A DNA stretch of 24,000 bases, taken from Sporocytophaga sp. (GTDB lineage: Bacteria; Bacteroidota; Bacteroidia; Cytophagales; Cytophagaceae). Below are positions 16,819 through 22,362 of this stretch, one piece after another. Numbering within the stretch: position 1 is the first letter of the stretch; every line of letters starts with the position of its first letter. The stretch is taken from contig JANQAB010000002.1 of NCBI GenBank assembly GCA_024707265.1, positions 244,188-268,187 on the forward strand, in the 5' to 3' direction. Position numbers and translations under genes: made by a program. The notes under the pieces are model-generated. The model was not told the DNA's origin. It did not search any database and saw only the letters and a list, made by a program, of their open reading frames with translations.

Positions 16819-18000
16819 TTACACTGATAATCTTTTGTTCACAGCTTCAATCAGTTCAGGAAGTCCATGAGTTTTATTGTTTAATTCTTTTGCTTTTAGA
16901 AATAATTCTTTAGCCTTTTCATAGTTCCCGATATCAAAATAATAAATACCAAGGTTTTTATAGGCATAAGAGTTATTTTGATCTATTTCCATTGATTTAT
17001 CAATATCCTTTAAACCACCTTCTAGATTCCCTAGCTTGATGTGTGCTAATCCTCTATTATTGTAGGCATATGCAAAATCAATATTTAATTTAATTGCCCT
17101 GTTAAAATCAGCTATTGCTTCAGTGTATTTTTCAATTAAATTATAAGTATAACCTCGGTTATTAAGTGAATTAAAATTGTCTGGGTTTAGCTGAAGTGAT
17201 TGATTGTAAAACTCCAGAGCAATGTTATGCTCCCCGAGATATGAATAAGCTAAACCATAATTACTCAGGTCATCTGAGTTTAACTCTTCTAATGATTTTA
17301 ATACAGTCAGTAGGTCGATTGCTCTGGAATAGTTTTTATTGTTGATATAAGCTGCTATTCCCATCCTGATTAAATTGGGATCTGTATTAGTGGGATATAT
17401 TGATTCAAAGACAGCTATTGCTTTATCAAACTCAGATTTGTTACAGAATTCGTATATTTTTAAATACTGGTTGTATGTCTTTTTATATTTTAATAGATTT
17501 TTTAAGCTCTGGCCGTCATTATATATAATCTTTCCATTGTGTAGCTTAATGGGAGTTTTGTGAGGAAGAATGTTATAGAAAAAGTCTGTTATTGAAGAAA
17601 GAAACAACAAGGTTGTGCCGAATTTGATGAAGCCATGAAGTTCGGTTAGGATTAGGATATAAAAGCAAAAAAATGTTGTGAGTAATGAGGCAATAGGTCC
17701 TGCTAAAGTAAAAAGATAATTCCCTAATATAGAATTGTTAGTTTCTTTAGGAACGCATAATCCATACTGCCAAAGTATAGGGTTATATTTAAAGTGGACT
17801 TTTAAGTTTCCAATTTTAAAATGGAATCCTTTGCTTGGATCACCATAAGATCCTATGAAAATTGTATAGTTGCCTTTAAGAAATACTGAACCTGCAATAT
17901 AATGCCCTAATTCGTGAATGGTAGTTGTCAGCACTCTGGTAAATGCAAAGAAAAAGAGTACAGCTAATGTATAGGTAATAATTATTATAATATCGGACAT
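16819..18000 (-). CDS. Membrane HExxH metalloprotease-like domain (site-2-protease/M50-like) fused to C-terminal TPR repeats
   Basis: HELGH lies in or next to the first hydrophobic helix. Further TM segments are followed by NILPHKTP...NDG, reminiscent of the S2P NxxPxxxxDG motif. The C-terminal 200 aa hold several 34-aa TPR units (e.g. AYSYLGEHNIALEFYNQSLQLNPDN, AYNNRGLAHIKLGNLEGGLKDIDKSMEIDQNN). Confidence 0.7.
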   Translation of the reverse strand: MSDIIIIITYTLAVLFFFAFTRVLTTTIHELGHYIAGSVFLKGNYTIFIGSYGDPSKGFHFKIGNLKVHFKYNPILWQYGLCVPKETNNSILGNYLFTLAGPIASLLTTFFCFYILILTELHGFIKFGTTLLFLSSITDFFYNILPHKTPIKLHNGKIIYNDGQSLKNLLKYKKTYNQYLKIYEFCNKSEFDKAIAVFESIYPTNTDPNLIRMGIAAYINNKNYSRAIDLLTVLKSLEELNSDDLSNYGLAYSYLGEHNIALEFYNQSLQLNPDNFNSLNNRGYTYNLIEKYTEAIADFNRAIKLNIDFAYAYNNRGLAHIKLGNLEGGLKDIDKSMEIDQNNSYAYKNLGIYYFDIGNYEKAKELFLKAKELNNKTHGLPELIEAVNKRLSV

Positions 18001-18101
18001 TATATTAAATTATGTTTACTTAAACAATGCGTCTTATTTCAGGAAGGGTTAGGAGAACGAAACTCAGGCGTTGGTTGGTGTTCTTTTTCTGTCCAAAATT
18101 C

Positions 18102-19229
18102 TCAAAGCCCTTGTTCCTTCCAATACCAATCAAATATATCTGTAAACTTTTTCATTTCGTTTTTATCGGTAAGCAATGCAATAGAAAAACTTGGTCGAGC
18201 AGAGATCCTGTCTTGCGGAATAGAAACACCTTTGATAGTATTTAATTTAGCCAGGAGTTCTAGTCGCTTTTCTTCGCTTCCAAATATTGGTCGATTTTTC
18301 ATGTGTTGAAAGTAAATTTCAACGGCGCCATCCGTCCAGATTGCAAAACAAAATCGATTCTCATTTTTAACTTTAACAATTGGAGCTACTGACCCTCTTT
18401 TGCCTACTCCATAGTAGAAAATAGTTTTTGTTGTGTTTATCCAATCTAAAAGTTTTCGTGCTGCTTCTGCTTCTTGTTGTCCTCGCTGATTCTTTAGTTC
18501 TTTGAAGAATGATTCTTCTGTCCAATGTTCTTCTGACCCACGTTGCTTTCCTTTGATGGTTTGAGCATTTGATGTCATACCAATAACCCTTGGTACAAGT
18601 GTTTTTCGGTCTTGTCCTGAGAACTGTTTTATCTCAACACCTAATATTTCTGCGGGCGTCATCTGCTCGTTTAAAAATTCAATAATCCGTTGCAGTTCTT
18701 TTGGAATGGTATCTGCTATTATGAGTAAGCGAATTTTCCCTGCTTTTAAATTGGTTTTTGTGATTTCCCAAAAGTTGTCAGCATCAATTTCGTCTTGCAA
18801 AAAGTCAGTGAGACAATTTAGTGAGTCAATACCTGATTCTTTACAATACTCATCAAACCTATATTTAATTTCTTCAATTGTCCAATAGGAGACAGCGTTT
18901 GCTGCATAGTCCAAAATTTGACCAATTACCTCTCTCCGGATTCGAGTATCTGTTCCTCGTTTTACTTCGACTAAAGTTGGAATGCCGTCTTGATCAATGA
19001 ATAAATGATCTAAACTCCAACGTTGTCCATTAAGTTTTTCATCAGGGACACCAACTTCTCTTGAGATCAAAAGCCATCTTCTTGGTCTTTCAGGATCAAT
19101 CTGGCTACCTGAAATTAGGGCAGGATAATCAGCAAGGAGTTTTTGAAGCACATCTTCTGTCAGATATGCAGCTTCATTCATTTCTACAAGTTGTCCGTTG
19201 TTATCCAGTAAAAAAATTTTATCGTTCAA
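18102..19229 (-). CDS. PD-(D/E)xK nuclease-fold protein (NucS/DUF91-like core) with an uncharacterised C-terminal domain
   Basis: 375 aa. The N-terminal third follows the NucS/DUF91 pattern: LTEDVLQKLLADYPALI, then REVG...LDHLFIDQDGIPTLVEVKRG...EVIGQILDY, i.e. E...D-x13-E-x-K...Q. Confidence 0.6.
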   Translation of the reverse strand: MNDKIFLLDNNGQLVEMNEAAYLTEDVLQKLLADYPALISGSQIDPERPRRWLLISREVGVPDEKLNGQRWSLDHLFIDQDGIPTLVEVKRGTDTRIRREVIGQILDYAANAVSYWTIEEIKYRFDEYCKESGIDSLNCLTDFLQDEIDADNFWEITKTNLKAGKIRLLIIADTIPKELQRIIEFLNEQMTPAEILGVEIKQFSGQDRKTLVPRVIGMTSNAQTIKGKQRGSEEHWTEESFFKELKNQRGQQEAEAARKLLDWINTTKTIFYYGVGKRGSVAPIVKVKNENRFCFAIWTDGAVEIYFQHMKNRPIFGSEEKRLELLAKLNTIKGVSIPQDRISARPSFSIALLTDKNEMKKFTDIFDWYWKEQGL

Positions 19230-19257
19230 TTTTGGTCTTTTTTATTCTTAGTTAGAT

Positions 19258-19476
19258 TTATCTTATACGCAAAAATAGCCAACCGGAACATTTGAGGTAA
19301 CTTTTCTCCTCAAAATTCTGGAATGTTCCTCCCTTGATTCTGTGTGCCCGATATCTGTAAGGATCATAAAAATAGGCAGGTGAATATCCGCTTTTGTTTC
19401 CCTTTTCCCATCTTAAGGCAAATACATCGTCTCTACCTATGAAGAGGGATTTGAATAGATCGAGCTTATCAGACAT
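19258..19476 (-). pseudogene. 72-codon remnant resembling the N-terminus of large primase(AEP)/helicase-type conflict-system proteins
   Basis: From memory, LFKSLFIGRDDVFALRWEKGNKSGYSPAYFYDPYRYRAHRIKGGTFQNFEEKSYL matches the conserved N-terminus (LF.GR.DV(Y/F)A.RWE..GKSGY.P) of roughly 1000-aa Bacteroidota proteins annotated as AEP-primase/DEAD-box helicase. The ORF stops after 72 codons with an unrelated tail (KCSGWLFLRIR). Confidence 0.4.
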
Positions 19477-19569
19477 TTTGGAATCTGTTTTAAATTTCGG
19501 AATCTGTTTTGATTAGTATCTCCCTTCTTTGTGAGTCTGGAATTGTTCAGTTCAAAGCTATTTAATGTG

Positions 19570-19623
19570 ATTGGCTCATAAGTTGAGTCAATTATGAGCC
19601 AATTGAGCCAATTATGAGCCAAT
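19570..19623. repeat. 12-bp perfect inverted repeat plus three tandem (AT)GAGCCAATT units overlapping the 3' end of the 441-aa gene
   Basis: ATTGGCTCATAA (19570-19581) pairs with TTATGAGCCAAT (19592-19603) across a 10-nt loop. ATGAGCCAATT, GAGCCAATT and ATGAGCCAATT then run in tandem to 19623. Confidence 0.7.
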
Positions 19624-20937
19624 TAAAATATAATTTGTGCCTGCACCGATATCACCGGTTCTTTTTAAAACTTTATGCTTTTCCACCAATTCTGTCAAAT
19701 CTCTTGTAGCAGTTGCTTTGGAAACATTATTTAAGATTTGATATTCACTATTGGTAACTCTCCCTTTTTCTTTAACAAATAATAACGCCTTCACCTGCCT
19801 TTCATTCAATCCAAGTTTAACAAGATGATCTTCATTCAGAATATCTTTGATAATCGTAAGCAGAAACCCGCCATCTTGTTCTATCATTTCTGGTTCGGGA
19901 AGTTCTGCTGCTTTGCAACTGTCAATGATCTTGATAGTACCTCTACCCCAGGCGTCAATAAATCCGCCCTTAAAACAAACGTCGGCAATAACGGGGTTTC
20001 TAGGTCTTGAGGCATGAGGGCGCTTTAATGCGTCAAGTGTTAAGCCTTCCGGAAGGAAACCTTCATTCCATATATTGATCTTTTCGTCATAAACCCTGAT
20101 TTGAGTCGGAGCCCCCATATAATTGCGGTGTACCAAAGCATTAAGAATCATCTCACGCATTGCGGCAACTGGATATTCTCTTTTTTCTATGCGATGCATT
20201 CCTTCAAATTCAATTGGTCTAGTTAAAAACTTATGGTTGAGCTGATTTAAAACTGCCTGCAGAAGGACAATTAAATTACCTTCTTCTGTTTCCTGAAATT
20301 TCAGATCTGTATCATCCTTTCCAAAACGGCCAATTTTAACAAAAGTATTGGGATAAAATTTAGCTGGTTCTTTACCAAACAGAATAATGGCGGCTCGTTT
20401 TAACTGTCCATTTTCACTGAGCCTTAGCTTGTCAAACAATTCCGGTAAAGTTAATCCATCATTTTCAGGCAAACGACCGGCTTTCTCAGATGCTTTTAAA
20501 AAAGTATCAACTGTCTTTTCGTTTATGTCGCCAAAGCTTGCACGCTGCTCTATTACATCATCCCATGTTTTTCCAGATTTCTTCAAAAGAAATTCATTCA
20601 GAGAAGCTCCGGTTAATTCTTGTTTGGTACTACCGCTACGGTAATAATATCTACCTCTGACTGAAATAGGAACAGAATACGGATGCGTTTTTATTTCAAT
20701 AAAATACTTTCCTTTTTCTTCATGAAGATTTATTTCAGAAGAAATACCCATTGAGTTCTTGATTTTGTTGGGTATATCATCCATCAGCTTTTTATAATCG
20801 TCAATGCCGACAACTTTTCCAGTATCGTCCTTACCAATAAAAATTACACCACCCTGGGCATTTGCAAATCCGCAAATCCATTTCAGATAATCATCATGCC
20901 AGCTTTGTTTGTATTCAATGTTTTGTTGTTCGGGCAT
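19612..20937 (-). CDS. AlbA_2 (Schlafen-like) + HATPase_c_4 + C-terminal wHTH protein, usually annotated as ATP-binding protein or putative DNA-binding protein
   Basis: The N-terminus EQQNIEYKQSWHDDYLKWICGFANAQGGVIFIGKDDTGKVVGI matches the AlbA_2 signature. The centre, REMILNALVHRNY...IWNEGFLPEGLT...RPRNPVIADVCFKGGFIDAWGRGTIKI, matches HATPase_c_4. The C-terminal NSEYQILNNVSKATATRDLTELVEK is an HTH. Confidence 0.8.
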   Translation of the reverse strand: MPEQQNIEYKQSWHDDYLKWICGFANAQGGVIFIGKDDTGKVVGIDDYKKLMDDIPNKIKNSMGISSEINLHEEKGKYFIEIKTHPYSVPISVRGRYYYRSGSTKQELTGASLNEFLLKKSGKTWDDVIEQRASFGDINEKTVDTFLKASEKAGRLPENDGLTLPELFDKLRLSENGQLKRAAIILFGKEPAKFYPNTFVKIGRFGKDDTDLKFQETEEGNLIVLLQAVLNQLNHKFLTRPIEFEGMHRIEKREYPVAAMREMILNALVHRNYMGAPTQIRVYDEKINIWNEGFLPEGLTLDALKRPHASRPRNPVIADVCFKGGFIDAWGRGTIKIIDSCKAAELPEPEMIEQDGGFLLTIIKDILNEDHLVKLGLNERQVKALLFVKEKGRVTNSEYQILNNVSKATATRDLTELVEKHKVLKRTGDIGAGTNYILIGS

Positions 20938-21044
20938 ATTTAACTATGATTTAAAAATTGTTATGAATGGTTCTTTTTGACTTTTTTCTCATAGAACTAT
21001 ATCTAAGAAATATGTAGTTATTAAATTTTAAAGCTTAACAACAG

Positions 21045-21090
21045 ATCCTCTCTTTAAAGTGGTCGAATTCCACCACTTTAAAGAGAGGAT
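21045..21090 (-). terminator. 19-bp perfect-stem hairpin 3 nt downstream of the 141-aa gene; probable intrinsic terminator
   Basis: ATCCTCTCTTTAAAGTGGT (21045-21063) pairs perfectly with ACCACTTTAAAGAGAGGAT (21072-21090) across an 8-nt loop, CGAATTCC. On the minus strand it is followed by the moderately U-rich CUGUUGUUAAGCUUUAAAAUUU. Confidence 0.5.
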
Positions 21091-21093
21091 TGT

Positions 21094-21519
21094 TTATCCG
21101 AAGTGACTGAATCCTTCTGAAAATCCCAATTCATTATTGAATTGAGATGCTAATATTTCTTTTAGTTCAGGTGATACAAACAAATGTTCTTCCATATATA
21201 TCCAAACTTGCTGGCCTTGTATTTTAATTGAATCAATAATCTCAGGGGAAATTGAATTTTTGATTGTCAATTCATAATAATCATTGAATTCAATCTTTAA
21301 AACTTGATCAATGATCTTCCTTTGTGTTATTCTCAATTGTTCATTTCCTAATTTTTTAAAAACGGACAATAGTTCTTGTTTTATTAGAATATATCCAGGA
21401 CCACTTAATAGAAGCGAAAACTCTCCATCTTGTAAAATTCTAAAATGGTTATCCTTCAGTCTCCATAATTGAATTTGGATAGTATTTTTGTTAGTTACAT
21501 TAATTGGAATATTACTCAT
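21094..21519 (-). CDS. Hypothetical 141-aa cytoplasmic protein
   Basis: A clean ORF, AT-rich, with no TM or signal segment and no recognised motif. It is followed by a strong hairpin. Confidence 0.55.
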   Translation of the reverse strand: MSNIPINVTNKNTIQIQLWRLKDNHFRILQDGEFSLLLSGPGYILIKQELLSVFKKLGNEQLRITQRKIIDQVLKIEFNDYYELTIKNSISPEIIDSIKIQGQQVWIYMEEHLFVSPELKEILASQFNNELGFSEGFSHFG

Positions 21520-21660
21520 TGAACCAAGTAGGTCTTTCTTTTAAAATAGCATTTAACTTAATTAATTATTTGTTCCAATTCAATATATAAGTTTCTCTTC
21601 CTCCTCCTAAAAATATCATTACAAAACAATATTCAAAAATCCTCATTGTGTCCGGCAACT

Positions 21661-21696
21661 AAAAAAGCCCCGAAGTTTATTTCCTCCGGGGCTTTT
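21661..21696 (-). terminator. Rho-independent terminator downstream of lspA (bidirectional-looking)
   Basis: The minus strand reads AAAAGCCCCGgaggaaataaacttCGGGGCTTTTTT. A GC-rich stem (GCCCCG/CGGGGC) is followed by a T6 run, starting about 20 nt after the lspA stop. Confidence 0.7.
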
Positions 21697-21716
21697 GATT
21701 ATACTATATTCTGATA

Positions 21717-22346
21717 TTAATTATTCTCAGCTTTCTCCGTCACTGATTCTTCCTTATCGGCGTCTTTAAAGAATCTTTTCTGCCAGATAAGTATCACCGA
21801 TACCCCAATAAAGATAGCAGCATCAGCGATGTTAAAAATAGGCCAGAATGCATAATGCTCTCCTCCGAATATCGGAATCCACTCCGGTAGTCTGCCTTCC
21901 CAGATATCTATATAAAACATATCTATTACCTGTCCGTGAAACCATGGTGTGCTTGAGCCGTCAGGAGCGTTGTTCAGTAATACACCGTAAAAGGTACTGT
22001 CTATTACATTGCCTATTGCACCTCCAAGTATCAAAGCAATACACCAAAGCATGCCGGGAGCCATGTCTTTTTTTGCAAGGCGATATAAATATACTGAAAT
22101 AGCAACCATCGCAATGATTCTGAACAGGCTTAGAATAAGCTTTCCATAAGGTATACCTAATTCAAAACCGAAAGCCATACCCGGGTTGGTAGTGTAGTAA
22201 AGCTTAAACCAGTCGTCAAAAATTCTGATCTGTCCGGGATAACCAAAGTCCATTTTAAAATGAACCAGAAGTTTTACGATCTGGTCAAGAACAATTACTC
22301 CAAGAGTAAGAAAGTAGTACTTATAGTATTTATATTGAAGGGCCAT
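21717..22346 (-). CDS. lspA: Lipoprotein signal peptidase (signal peptidase II)
   Basis: 209 aa with 4 TM segments and motifs NPGMAFGF, GGAIGNVIDS and FNIADAAI, which carry the two catalytic Asp contexts. It lies 16 nt downstream of ileS, the conserved ileS-lspA arrangement. Confidence 0.9.
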   Translation of the reverse strand: MALQYKYYKYYFLTLGVIVLDQIVKLLVHFKMDFGYPGQIRIFDDWFKLYYTTNPGMAFGFELGIPYGKLILSLFRIIAMVAISVYLYRLAKKDMAPGMLWCIALILGGAIGNVIDSTFYGVLLNNAPDGSSTPWFHGQVIDMFYIDIWEGRLPEWIPIFGGEHYAFWPIFNIADAAIFIGVSVILIWQKRFFKDADKEESVTEKAENN

Positions 22347-22362
22347 GCCTCTTTATAGTTTT

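Noticed and set aside
19437-19622. 61-aa minus-strand ORF spanning the region between the AlbA_2 gene and the primase-like stub
   Set aside because: It consists of translated repeat and intergenic sequence (GAGCCAATT units, GGAATCTGTTTT repeats) and overlaps the start of the 72-codon remnant. Nothing supports it as coding.
16653-21716. Integrated mobile element or prophage boundaries (att direct repeats, integrase) around the accessory cluster
   Set aside because: No integrase or recombinase ORF is present, and by eye I found no convincing direct repeat shared by the 16653-16818 and 21520-21716 intergenic regions.
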